Of a DNA stretch of 64,000 bases, positions 9,250-18,492 are shown piece by piece. The DNA is taken from the NCBI GenBank assembly GCA_964291675.2, contig OZ219866.1, forward strand, positions 608,001 to 672,000, read 5' to 3'. The position numbers and the translations under genes are program-made. The notes below the pieces were generated by a model that worked only from the letters and a program-made list of their open reading frames with translations, made no database searches and was not told the origin of the DNA. How positions within the stretch are numbered: the first letter of the stretch is position 1; every line of letters begins with the position of its first letter. The stretch is from Alphaproteobacteria bacterium (GTDB lineage: Bacteria > Pseudomonadota > Alphaproteobacteria > MPNO01).

Positions 9250-11292
9250 GTGACGGGACAGGAAGTGGCGGACGGTCCGGCCCGGCCGGGCATGCCTCTC
9301 CCCTTCCCGGCGCCGCGTCCTGACATGGCCTCCCTCGGCGCTCCGCCAGCGGAGTCCGGCTCGCCCGTTGGCCGTGCGGCGACGGCGGCGGCGTTCGTCG
9401 TCGCGCTGTTCATGGCGTTGCTCGGCATCGCGAACTCCTCGCCCAAATTCTGGTTGGTGCCGACGGTGGGGCCGTTCGATTCGGAGTGGATCCGCCCGGT
9501 CGTGCTCGGCTGCTCGGTGTTCGTCGTGCTGGCGACCAAGGGGTTCGCGCGGCATTTCGCGGCACGCAACGCCTCGCGCGGCCGGCTGGGTCTGCTGATC
9601 GATTGCGCGCTGCTCGCCGCCGCGTTCTGGTGTTTCTGGCGCTACTACGTGGACGTGTCGGAGATCGAGGAGGGGCTGTTCGATTTCGAGCTCGTCCACC
9701 CCGTCGTGGCGCTGGTCGGCTCGGCCGTCTTCATCGCCATCTGCTGGCGCGTGTGGGGCGCGCCGCTCGCGGTCTGCGGCATCGTCGCGATCGTCTACTT
9801 CTTCTCGGGCGAGCACTGGCCCTGGATCTTCAGGACCGCGCCGATCGTGTTTCTCGACACCGCCGAGGACCTCTGGTTCAACCTCAATGACGGGATCCTC
9901 GGCACCCTGATGGGGATCCTGATCTTCACCGTGTTCCCCTTCGTCCTGCTCGGCACCATGCTGGAGCAGATGGGCGGCGGGCGCTCGCTCATCAAGCTGG
10001 CGTTCCACGCGACGCGGAACTTCCGCGGCGGCCCCGCCCATGCGGCGATCCTCGCATCCGGCCTGTTCGGCACGATGTCGGGCGGCGCGGTCACCAACGT
10101 GGTGGCGACCGGCGTGATCACCATCCCGATCATCAAGAAGCGCGGCTTCAGCCCGGCCTTCGCCGGCGGGGTCGAGGCGACCGCGTCCAGCGCGGGACAG
10201 ATCATGCCGCCGATCATGGGCGCCGCCGCGCTGGTGATGGCCGATTTCACCGGCCTCTCCTACCTGACGATCATCGTCGCCGCCCTGGTTCCGGCGCTCG
10301 CCTATTACGTGAGCCTGTTCACCAGCGTCGTCTTCGAGGCGCGCCGGCTCGGCGTCGAGGCGGTGCCCGACATGGCGGACGACTTCACCGTCACCGCCCA
10401 GGATTTCGTCAACCTGATCATGATCCTGGTCCCGGTGGCGGTGGTCGTCCTCACCTTGCTCGCCGGGTTCTCGCCGGCCGGGGCGGGCATGCTGGCGATG
10501 TACAGCGTGATCGTGCTCAGCTTTCTCAACCCGGAGATCCGCCGCAACCCGTTCCGGATCGTGACCGCGCTGGTGCGCGGCGCGGAGACCCAGGCCTCGC
10601 TGCTGATGGCGATCGGCGTCGTCGGGATCGTGGTCGCCGTGCTCGGCGCGACCGGCCTGCCCAACGACTTCGCCCAGCTGGTGGGCCAGGCGACCGGCAC
10701 CGAGCTGTTCCTGACGCTCGCGGTCGCCGCCCTGGCGGCGCTGATGCTGGGCATGGGCATGCCGACGCTCCCGGCCTACCTCACCATCATCCTGATCCTC
10801 GGGCCGTCGATGCAGAACCTCGGCCTCTCGGTGCTGACCGCGCATCTCTTCGTGTTCTATTTCGGGGTCGCTTCGTCGATCACCCCGCCGGTCGCGGTCG
10901 CGGCCTACGCCGCGGCGTCGATCTCGGGCGGCGCGCCGCTGATGACCTCGGTCTACGCCATGCGCATCGGGCTGGTGAAATTCCTGGTGCCGTTCATCTT
11001 CGCCTTCTACCCGGTCATGCTGATCGTGCCGGAGAGCGGGGCGGCGTTCGACGGCCTGGCCTTCGCGTCGATCGTCTTTCGCATGCTGGTCGCGATCTAC
11101 CTGGTGTCGGGCTCGGTCATCGCGTTCGACCGCAGGCGCCTGCCGTGGTGGGAGATCCTGCTGCGCCTGGCGCTGGCGCTCGGCGTGCTGCTCCTGGACC
11201 CGGCGATCCACTGGCCGGCGGCCGGCCTCGCCTTCGTCTACCTCGCCTGGCACCATCTCAGCTTCGCGGCGAAGACGGGGGCAGCCGCTTGA
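9250..11292 (+). CDS. TRAP fused permease 4TM/12TM (start uncertain, 9250-9325)
   Basis: RGGPAHAAI.ASGLFG, ASSAGQIMPPIMGAAALVMA, LGMGMPTLPAY, SSITPPVA. Confidence 0.92.
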   Translation: MTGQEVADGPARPGMPLPFPAPRPDMASLGAPPAESGSPVGRAATAAAFVVALFMALLGIANSSPKFWLVPTVGPFDSEWIRPVVLGCSVFVVLATKGFARHFAARNASRGRLGLLIDCALLAAAFWCFWRYYVDVSEIEEGLFDFELVHPVVALVGSAVFIAICWRVWGAPLAVCGIVAIVYFFSGEHWPWIFRTAPIVFLDTAEDLWFNLNDGILGTLMGILIFTVFPFVLLGTMLEQMGGGRSLIKLAFHATRNFRGGPAHAAILASGLFGTMSGGAVTNVVATGVITIPIIKKRGFSPAFAGGVEATASSAGQIMPPIMGAAALVMADFTGLSYLTIIVAALVPALAYYVSLFTSVVFEARRLGVEAVPDMADDFTVTAQDFVNLIMILVPVAVVVLTLLAGFSPAGAGMLAMYSVIVLSFLNPEIRRNPFRIVTALVRGAETQASLLMAIGVVGIVVAVLGATGLPNDFAQLVGQATGTELFLTLAVAALAALMLGMGMPTLPAYLTIILILGPSMQNLGLSVLTAHLFVFYFGVASSITPPVAVAAYAAASISGGAPLMTSVYAMRIGLVKFLVPFIFAFYPVMLIVPESGAAFDGLAFASIVFRMLVAIYLVSGSVIAFDRRRLPWWEILLRLALALGVLLLDPAIHWPAAGLAFVYLAWHHLSFAAKTGAAA

Positions 11293-11322
11293 CAGGGCCG
11301 GGCGGCGCGGGGACCATCCGGC

Positions 11323-12495
11323 ATGGCCATCGTCAACCGCATCGCCGAGTTCCACGACGAGATGACGGCGTGGCGCCGCGACATCCACGCCCATCCCGAG
11401 ACCGCCTTCGAGGAACACCGCACGTCGCAATTCGTCGCCGACCGGCTGAGCGAGTTCGGCATCGAGGTCGATCGCGGCCTCGCCGGGACCGGGGTGGTGG
11501 GGACGCTCGCCGGCGCCCGCGGGGAGGGACCGTCGATCGGGCTGCGCGCCGACATGGACGCGCTCCATATCGAGGAGAAGAACGGTTTTGGGCACCGCTC
11601 GCAGGTTCCGGGCAAGATGCATGCCTGCGGCCATGACGGGCATACCTCGATGCTGCTCGGCGCGGCCAAGTACCTCGCCGAGACGCGCAACTTCGCCGGC
11701 ACCGTCAGGTTCATCTTCCAGCCCGCGGAAGAGAACGAGGGCGGCGCCCGCGTCATGGTCGAAGAGGGGCTGTTCCAGAAATTCCCGATGGAGCAGGTGT
11801 TCGGCATGCACAACATGCCGCGCGTCGACATCGGCGAGATGGCGGTGCGCGCCGGGCCGATGATGGCGGCGTTCGACATCTTCGAGATCCGGGTCGCGGG
11901 CCACGGCACCCATGCGGCCGCGCCCCATCTCGGCAGCGACGCGATCGTGGCCGCGGCCGAAATGGTGACCGCGCTGCAGACCATCGCCAGCCGCATCGTC
12001 GATGCCCAGGAATCGGTGGTCGTCACCGTCACCCAGATCCACGGCGGCGACACCTGGAACGTGATCCCGGAGGACGTGGTGCTGCGCGGGACGGTGCGCG
12101 CCTTCCTGCCGGAGATCCAGGACCTCGCCGAGGCCTCGCTCCGGCGCATCGTCGCCGGCATCGCCGCAACGCACGGGATCGAGGCCACGGTCGAATACGA
12201 GCGGCGCTACCCGCCGACCATCAACCACGCCGAGGAGTCCGAGCTCGCCGCCCGGGTCGCCGCCGAGGTGGTCGGGGGCGACAACGTCCATCGCGGCCTC
12301 CACCCCAAGATGGCGGCCGAGGATTTCTCCTTCATGCTCAACGAGAAGCCGGGCTGCTATGTGTGGCTCGGCAACGGGCCCGGCGACGGCGGCTGCCTGC
12401 TGCATAACCCGCATTACGACTTCCGGGACGAGGCGCTGCCGATCGGCGCGAGCTACTGGGCCCGGCTGGTGGAAACCCGCCTCGCGCCCGGGTAA
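11323..12495 (+). CDS. M20D amidohydrolase (hippuricase-like)
   Basis: RRDIHAHPE, LRADMDAL, MHACGHDGH, FQPAEE, AEDF, LHNPHYDF. Confidence 0.93.
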   Translation: MAIVNRIAEFHDEMTAWRRDIHAHPETAFEEHRTSQFVADRLSEFGIEVDRGLAGTGVVGTLAGARGEGPSIGLRADMDALHIEEKNGFGHRSQVPGKMHACGHDGHTSMLLGAAKYLAETRNFAGTVRFIFQPAEENEGGARVMVEEGLFQKFPMEQVFGMHNMPRVDIGEMAVRAGPMMAAFDIFEIRVAGHGTHAAAPHLGSDAIVAAAEMVTALQTIASRIVDAQESVVVTVTQIHGGDTWNVIPEDVVLRGTVRAFLPEIQDLAEASLRRIVAGIAATHGIEATVEYERRYPPTINHAEESELAARVAAEVVGGDNVHRGLHPKMAAEDFSFMLNEKPGCYVWLGNGPGDGGCLLHNPHYDFRDEALPIGASYWARLVETRLAPG

Positions 12496-12533
12496 CCCGC
12501 CGGCGCGACCCTGCGCAACAGGTGACAGGAACC

Positions 12534-14120
12534 ATGGCGAAGACTGACGGCTTCGCGGGGGTGAAGATCCCCCGCTCTCCGGTTTACGGCACGCGCGGCA
12601 TGGTGGTTTCCGGCCATTCGCTGGCCTCGCTCGCCGGGCTGCGCACCCTCGAGCGCGGCGGCTCGATGGTCGATGCGATGATCGCCTGCTCGGCGGCGCT
12701 CTCGGTGGTGGTGCCGCACGCGACCTCGCTCGGCGGCGATGCCTTCATCCTCTACCACCGCGCCGGGGACGCCCGCACGCTCGGCATGAACGCCTCGGGC
12801 CACGCGCCTGCCGGCGTCTCGCTCGGGCTCTACGCCGACGGCATCCCGAAACGCGGGCCACTCGCCTTCAGCGTGCCCGGGATGATCCGGGGCTGGGAAC
12901 GCATGCACCAGCGTTACGGAAAGCTGCCCTGGGCCGAGCTGTTCGCCGACGCGGCGGCGCTCGCCGAAGCCCACCCGCTGTCCCGCGTGCTCGCCGGCGC
13001 GCTCCATCTGTTCCGCGAGGACATCGAGGGCGATCCCGGCTGCCGCGAGATCTACTACCCGGGCGGCGAAGCGCTGCTGGCCGGCGCGATCGTCCGCCAG
13101 CCGGCGCTCGCCCGCACCGTGGGCCTGATCGCCGACGGGGGGAGCGCCGCGTTCTACGAGGGCGAGATCGCGCGCTCCATCGCCGCGTCGGCCCAGGCGC
13201 AGGGCGGGGTGGCGACGGCGGAGGACTTCGCGGGCTACGAGCCGGAATGGGCGGAGCCGCTGGAATCGGGCTATCGCGGGCTCAGCGTCCGGGTGATGCC
13301 GCCCAACTCCTACGGCGTGTTGATGCTGATGCAGCTCAACGCGCTCGACGGGATCGACCCGGCGGAGCTCGGCGGCGACGAGGCGCGGCGCCTCGCCTGT
13401 CTGATGCGCGCCCAGCGCGCGGCCTTCGCGGCGGGGCGCAAACACATCGCCGATCCGCGCACCGACCCGGCCCCGGTCGACCGGCTGCTGAGCGGCGAGA
13501 CCACGCGGGCGCTCCGCGACGAGGTGCGGGAGGCCGCCGAGCCCGCCCCCGCCATGGCGCACCCGGCGGGCGGCACCTCCTGCATCTGCATCGCGGACGG
13601 CGAGGGCAACGGCATCGCGGTGGTGCAGAGCGTGTTCCACGTCTTCGGCAGCGCCTTCCTCGACCCCGGCACGGGCATCCTGATGAACAACCGGATGACC
13701 GGCTTCAGCATCGACCCCGAGAGCGCCAACGCGCTCGCCCCGGGCAAGCGCCCGGCGCACACGCTCAACCCCGTCGTGGTGCTGGATGGCGGCAGGCTGC
13801 GCTACCTGCTGACCACGCCGGGCGGGCCGAGCCAGACGCTGTCGCATGTCCAGATCCTCAACAACCTGGTCGACCGGGGCATGGAGCTGACGGCGGCGAT
13901 CGACGCGCCGCGCTGGTCGATCAACATGCAGGGCGAGACCCTGCTCGACGAGGCGTTCGACGACGGCGTGGCCGACGGGCTCGCCGATGCCGGCTTCCCG
14001 GTCCAGCGCGCCGCGGGCGCGTCCTATTTCGGCTCCGCCAAGACCATCGAGGTGACCGGGGACGGCGTGCTGCTGGGCGCCGCCGACACCCGCCGCGAGG
14101 CCTACGCGGCCGGCGCCTGA
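12534..14120 (+). CDS. Gamma-glutamyltransferase family Ntn hydrolase
   Basis: SLGGDAF, SVPGMIRGW, PPNSYG, Thr nucleophile in GGTSC, GILMNNRM, PGKRPAHTLNP. Confidence 0.9.
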   Translation: MAKTDGFAGVKIPRSPVYGTRGMVVSGHSLASLAGLRTLERGGSMVDAMIACSAALSVVVPHATSLGGDAFILYHRAGDARTLGMNASGHAPAGVSLGLYADGIPKRGPLAFSVPGMIRGWERMHQRYGKLPWAELFADAAALAEAHPLSRVLAGALHLFREDIEGDPGCREIYYPGGEALLAGAIVRQPALARTVGLIADGGSAAFYEGEIARSIAASAQAQGGVATAEDFAGYEPEWAEPLESGYRGLSVRVMPPNSYGVLMLMQLNALDGIDPAELGGDEARRLACLMRAQRAAFAAGRKHIADPRTDPAPVDRLLSGETTRALRDEVREAAEPAPAMAHPAGGTSCICIADGEGNGIAVVQSVFHVFGSAFLDPGTGILMNNRMTGFSIDPESANALAPGKRPAHTLNPVVVLDGGRLRYLLTTPGGPSQTLSHVQILNNLVDRGMELTAAIDAPRWSINMQGETLLDEAFDDGVADGLADAGFPVQRAAGASYFGSAKTIEVTGDGVLLGAADTRREAYAAGA

Positions 14121-15793
14121 TGCCCGCCCCCGCCGACCTCGTGGTCACCCGCGGCAAGGTGATCACGGCGGACCCGAAGAACCGCATCGCCGAGGCGGTG
14201 GCGGTCTCGGGCGAGCGCATTTCCGCGGTCGGCGGGGCGGCCGAGATCGAGACCCTGACCGGGCCGGCGACGCGGCGCATCGACGCCGGCGGGCGCGCGG
14301 TGACGCCCGGGCTGATCGACGGCCACGCCCATCTCGACCGCGAGGGGCTGAAGCCGGTCTTCCCCTCGCTCGCCGGCTGCCGGTCGATCGACGACGTGCT
14401 GGCGCGCATCCGGGCATTGGCCGCCGAGGCGGAGCCCGGCGAATGGATCGTCACCATGCCGATCGGCGAGCCGCCCTATTACTGGGACGTGCCCAACAAC
14501 CTCGCGGAAGGCCGCTTCCCGACGCGCCGGGAGCTCGACGGCGCGGCGCCCGACAACCCCGTCTATATCCGCCCGATCTGGGGTTTCTGGCGCCATATCC
14601 TACCGCTGACCTCGATCGCCAACTCGGCCGCCCTCGACGCCGCCGGGATCGGCCGCGACACGCCCGACCCGTCCGCCTCGATCGAGATCGAGCGCGACCC
14701 CGGGACCGGCGAGCCCAACGGCATCATCCACGAGCACACCTACATGCCGGTCATCGAGCTCAGCCACTTCAGCCGGGCGCCGCGCTTCACCCATGCCGAC
14801 CGGGTGGCCGGAATCGAGGCGGCGATGCGGATCTACAACCGGACCGGGACCACCAGCGTCTTCGAGGAGCACGGCGCGGCGCAGGAGCTGATCCAGGCCT
14901 GGCAGGCGGTACACGCGGCGGGCAGGGCGACGGTCCGCGCCAAGCTCGTCTTCAGCCCGTCCTGGGGGCCGGAGCGCGACATCGACTACACCCATGCGCT
15001 GCGCTCCTGGTCGGGCTGGCTCGGCGGGCGCGGGCTCGGCGACGACTGGCTCGCGGTGGGCGGGCTCTATACCGAGTTCGGCTTCGATGCGGATGCGCTC
15101 TTGCGCGCCCGGGCCTCGCCCTATACCGGCTGGTCGGGGTTCAACTACGATTGCGGCGTGCCGCGCGGCAAGATGGTCGACTTCCTGACCGAGGCGGCGC
15201 GCAACTCGATCCGCATCTGCGCGCTCTGGCCCCAATTCCTGCCGCTGTTCGCGGAGGTCGACAAGCGGGTGCCGATCGCGGAGAAGCGCTGGGTGCTCGG
15301 CCACATCAACACGCTGGGCCCGGACGAGATAAGGCGCGTGGCCGATCTCGGCCTGGTGCTGACCACCCACACCAACCGCTACATCCACAAGCAGTCGCAC
15401 ATCACCCGGGACGAGATCGGCGCGGACCGCGAGAACGACATCGTGCCGATCAGGAGCCTGCTGGAGACGGGCGTCCATGTCGCGCTCGCCACCGACAACG
15501 TGCCGACCAGCCTGTTCTACCCGGTCTGGCAGTCGGTGGCGCGCAAGAGCCTGCACACCGGGGAGCGCATCGCCCCGGACCAGGCGCTCACGCGCGAAGA
15601 CGCGCTGCGCTGCGCCACGATCGAGGGCGCGTGGCTCACCTTCGAGGAGGACCGCAAGGGCTCGCTGGAGGAAGGCAAGCTCGCCGACATGGCGATACTG
15701 TCGGACGATCCGCTGACCTGCCCGGAAGACGCAATCAAGGACATCGTCGCCGAGACCGTCATCGTCGGCGGCGCCGTCGTGTACGAGGGCTAG
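14120..15793 (+). CDS. Amidohydrolase 3 (YtcJ-like) metallohydrolase
   Basis: GRAVTPGLIDGHAH; KGSLEEGKLADMAILSDD; TGATG coupling to the GGT gene. Confidence 0.88.
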   Translation: MPAPADLVVTRGKVITADPKNRIAEAVAVSGERISAVGGAAEIETLTGPATRRIDAGGRAVTPGLIDGHAHLDREGLKPVFPSLAGCRSIDDVLARIRALAAEAEPGEWIVTMPIGEPPYYWDVPNNLAEGRFPTRRELDGAAPDNPVYIRPIWGFWRHILPLTSIANSAALDAAGIGRDTPDPSASIEIERDPGTGEPNGIIHEHTYMPVIELSHFSRAPRFTHADRVAGIEAAMRIYNRTGTTSVFEEHGAAQELIQAWQAVHAAGRATVRAKLVFSPSWGPERDIDYTHALRSWSGWLGGRGLGDDWLAVGGLYTEFGFDADALLRARASPYTGWSGFNYDCGVPRGKMVDFLTEAARNSIRICALWPQFLPLFAEVDKRVPIAEKRWVLGHINTLGPDEIRRVADLGLVLTTHTNRYIHKQSHITRDEIGADRENDIVPIRSLLETGVHVALATDNVPTSLFYPVWQSVARKSLHTGERIAPDQALTREDALRCATIEGAWLTFEEDRKGSLEEGKLADMAILSDDPLTCPEDAIKDIVAETVIVGGAVVYEG

Positions 15794-15796
15794 GCG

Positions 15797-16885
15797 ATGA
15801 AGATCCAGGAGCTCGACACCCCGGTGCTGCTGGTCGACGCCGATGCGTTCGAGCGCAACGTGGCCCGCATGGCGAAGCTCTGCGCGGATGCCGGCGTGGC
15901 CTGCCGGCCGCATGCCAAGGCGCACAAATCGCCCGAGGTCGCGCGCATCCAGATGGAAGCCGGCGCGGTCGGCCTGTGCTGCGCCAAGCTCGGCGAGGCC
16001 GAGGTGCTGGCGGCGGCGGGGATCGAGGACCTCCACATCACCACGCCGGTGGTCGGGGCGTCCAAGATCATGCGGTTGACCGCCGCCGCCCGGCAGGCGC
16101 GCATCTCGGTCGTCGCCGACGATGCGGACAACATCTCGGACCTCGCCGCCGGGGCGCAGACCGCGGGGCTCAGGCTCGACGTGCTGGTCGAGGTCGATGT
16201 CGGGCAGGGCCGCTGCGGCGTCCCGCCGGGACCGCGCGCCGCCGAGCTCGCGCGGCTGGTCGACGGCCACGACTGGCTCCGTTTCCGCGGGCTCCAGGCC
16301 TATCACGGCCGGATCCAGATGACCGGCAATATCGACGAGCGGCGCGCCGGGGCCGCGGCGGCGCTGGAGAAGGCCGAGCTCTCGGCCCGGCTGGTGCGCG
16401 AGGCCGGGCTGGAGGTGGACGTGCTGACCGGCGGCGGCACCGGGACCTCGGCGATCGACGCCGCCGCCGGCGGGCTCACCGAGCTGCAGCCGGGCTCCTA
16501 CATCTTCATGGACACCAATTACAGCGCCATCGAGTGGGAGGGCGCGCCGGCACCGCCCTTCGAGAGCGCGCTCACCGTGCTCGCCGGGGTGCTCAGCCGG
16601 CCCGCCCCCGACCGGGCGATCCTCGATTCCGGCATGAAGGCGATCAGCGGCGACGGCGGCGCGCCGCGCGCGCCCGAATTTGCCGCGGCGGCGTTCCGCT
16701 TCGCCGGCGACGAGCACGGCGAGCTCGCCTTCCCCGGCGAGGCGCCGCTGAAGGTGGGCGACAAGGTGACCCTGCTGCCGAGCCACTGCGACACCACCGT
16801 CAACCTGCATGACCGCTTCATCGTCACCCGAGGCGACGAGGTGGAGGCGGTCTGGGAAATCGCCGCGCGGGGGCGGTCGCAGTAG
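15797..16885 (+). CDS. DSD1/D-threonine aldolase family PLP enzyme
   Basis: LDTPVLLVD, RPHAKAHKS, GGGTGT, ELQPGSYIFMD, DEHG, PSHCDTTVNLHD. Confidence 0.9.
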   Translation: MKIQELDTPVLLVDADAFERNVARMAKLCADAGVACRPHAKAHKSPEVARIQMEAGAVGLCCAKLGEAEVLAAAGIEDLHITTPVVGASKIMRLTAAARQARISVVADDADNISDLAAGAQTAGLRLDVLVEVDVGQGRCGVPPGPRAAELARLVDGHDWLRFRGLQAYHGRIQMTGNIDERRAGAAAALEKAELSARLVREAGLEVDVLTGGGTGTSAIDAAAGGLTELQPGSYIFMDTNYSAIEWEGAPAPPFESALTVLAGVLSRPAPDRAILDSGMKAISGDGGAPRAPEFAAAAFRFAGDEHGELAFPGEAPLKVGDKVTLLPSHCDTTVNLHDRFIVTRGDEVEAVWEIAARGRSQ

Positions 16886-16906
16886 GGTTCTGGGCGCCCC
16901 CTTGGC

Positions 16907-17476
16907 CTATCGCCCAACGCCTTCCAACATGTCGGAAAAGGCCATCCGCAGCGGCGTTCGAACGATGGCGGGAGCGTTCCGGATGTACTGAAAAGCCCTT
17001 TCCCGCTCGTCGCCACGTAGGGTCTTCAGGTATCGCATCGCGGCGTCGACCGAAAAACGTTCGCCGGTCTTGTCTTCGAAGTTACCTGGAAGATCGGTCC
17101 ACACCACGCCATCGAACCCGCGTTTGTCAGCCCAGTCTTCGATTGCGGAGAGCGCATTGGCATCGCGGCCGCGCCGGTCGCCTGCAACCGAGTGCATGCC
17201 GATGAATTTCCGGTGCGTATTCTCGCGTTTCCTGAGATCTTCCGCGGCGTCGCCGATCCGGTCGCGTCGACTCAACGCCCATGCGACTTGCGCGTCCATC
17301 CCGTTCTCGCTGTCGATCACCAGCGTAAGGGCACCCCGCCTTTTCTCGGAAATACGGGAGAACTCGAGCTTGAGCGTGGGTCCATCGTAGCACCAGGGCC
17401 CGTGACGATCGTCGAACTCCTCGCCCCCGTCCCACAAGAGCGATGCCCAACCGAGCAAGGCGACTTTTTCTGTCAT
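16907..17476 (-). CDS. Hypothetical protein, possible GGCT/ChaC-like fold
   Basis: N-terminal VALLGWASLLWD, LEFSRIS, LTLVID, LRKRE, VVWTDL; GAGGAG RBS; atypical codon usage. Confidence 0.65.
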   Translation of the reverse strand: MTEKVALLGWASLLWDGGEEFDDRHGPWCYDGPTLKLEFSRISEKRRGALTLVIDSENGMDAQVAWALSRRDRIGDAAEDLRKRENTHRKFIGMHSVAGDRRGRDANALSAIEDWADKRGFDGVVWTDLPGNFEDKTGERFSVDAAMRYLKTLRGDERERAFQYIRNAPAIVRTPLRMAFSDMLEGVGR

Positions 17477-18060
17477 TGTGCTCTCCTCGAGCGGTACGGC
17501 CCGCGACTCGCCAGGATAGCAAGTAACGGCATGACGACAACGCAGACAACGGCCAAGATCTCGTTCCCGTATCGGATGCCTTGCAGCGCATCCGTCCCAA
17601 GCGACCCCAGCCACAGACCGACGACGCCGAGACAGACGCCCACCATGCCAAGCCGCGTGCCCAGCCTGACGGACAGATCGGGGTGATGACACGCCGCACG
17701 CAATGAAGGCCAGACGGGCATCCGGGTGGATACGACGCTGAGACTCACCATATCCGTTACGTTATCCGGCGACGTAGTGCACGGGATTCTCAGGGCCTCC
17801 CGGTACCATTCCGCCATTACGAGGGTAGCGCGCCGCTCAGCCAAGGCGATCCTTCCAGAACCCGAGTTGTAGTGGTTTCGGAAATTGGCGTCGATCGTTC
17901 GAGCTTCGACGAAAATCCGGAACCGGCGACCCCGCACACACCTGTCGATCCTGACCACGGCTCTGGGCGCGAACGATTTCCCGGGCGTCTGCACCCAAAC
18001 CCATCCGTCATTCGTTTCTTCCGACAGCGCGGCACGGATGATGAAGTCGATTTCGGTCAC
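17473..18060 (-). CDS. Hypothetical protein with two C-terminal TM helices
   Basis: 195-aa ORF with hydrophobic LGMVGVCLGVVGLWLG and ILAVVCVVVMPLLAIL; ATGA overlap with the downstream gene. Confidence 0.65.
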   Translation of the reverse strand: MTEIDFIIRAALSEETNDGWVWVQTPGKSFAPRAVVRIDRCVRGRRFRIFVEARTIDANFRNHYNSGSGRIALAERRATLVMAEWYREALRIPCTTSPDNVTDMVSLSVVSTRMPVWPSLRAACHHPDLSVRLGTRLGMVGVCLGVVGLWLGSLGTDALQGIRYGNEILAVVCVVVMPLLAILASRGPYRSRRAQ

Positions 18061-18169
18061 TCAACTGGCTCCCTACACGCAAGAGGCCCTTCGACCCTGA
18101 ACGCCCACGCGTGCCGAATGCCGCGACACCGACGACCGGACGCTCTACACGTCGGTCTGGTGTCTCGGA

Positions 18170-18436
18170 TCACGCAGATTTCTCTGGAGCAGGCCTTTCG
18201 AATTCGTCCTCGATCGCTTGGCGAATGCGTCGGTGCTCATCGCCAAGATGGGAGAGAACTCCGAAGCCGGCCATCCATGGCGGCTCCGCGTCGCTGCCGC
18301 CGTACTCCGCGGCACGGGTCGGAAGCTGAGCCAAGAGCGCGTCGCTGACGAAACGTTGCAACGTGACGGCTCGCGCCGCAGCGCTTGTTTTGGCCCATCG
18401 GAATAACCCGCCGGGAATTTCGATGGTAATCTTCAT
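18170..18436 (-). CDS. Orphan RHH-type (VapB-like) antitoxin
   Basis: MKITIEIPGGLFRWAK..AAARAVTLQRFVSDAL; acidic tail IEDEFE. Confidence 0.6.
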   Translation of the reverse strand: MKITIEIPGGLFRWAKTSAAARAVTLQRFVSDALLAQLPTRAAEYGGSDAEPPWMAGFGVLSHLGDEHRRIRQAIEDEFERPAPEKSA

Positions 18437-18492
18437 CGTCCCATACAACCATAAATCTGAACGGAGCGAAATCTCTCCGGCTCCCAACCCCC

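Noticed and set aside
7975-12414. 1479-aa ORF suggesting a giant MTase fusion
   Set aside because: The upstream part is antisense to the TRAP permease and M20 genes; only the last 233-330 aa are credible.
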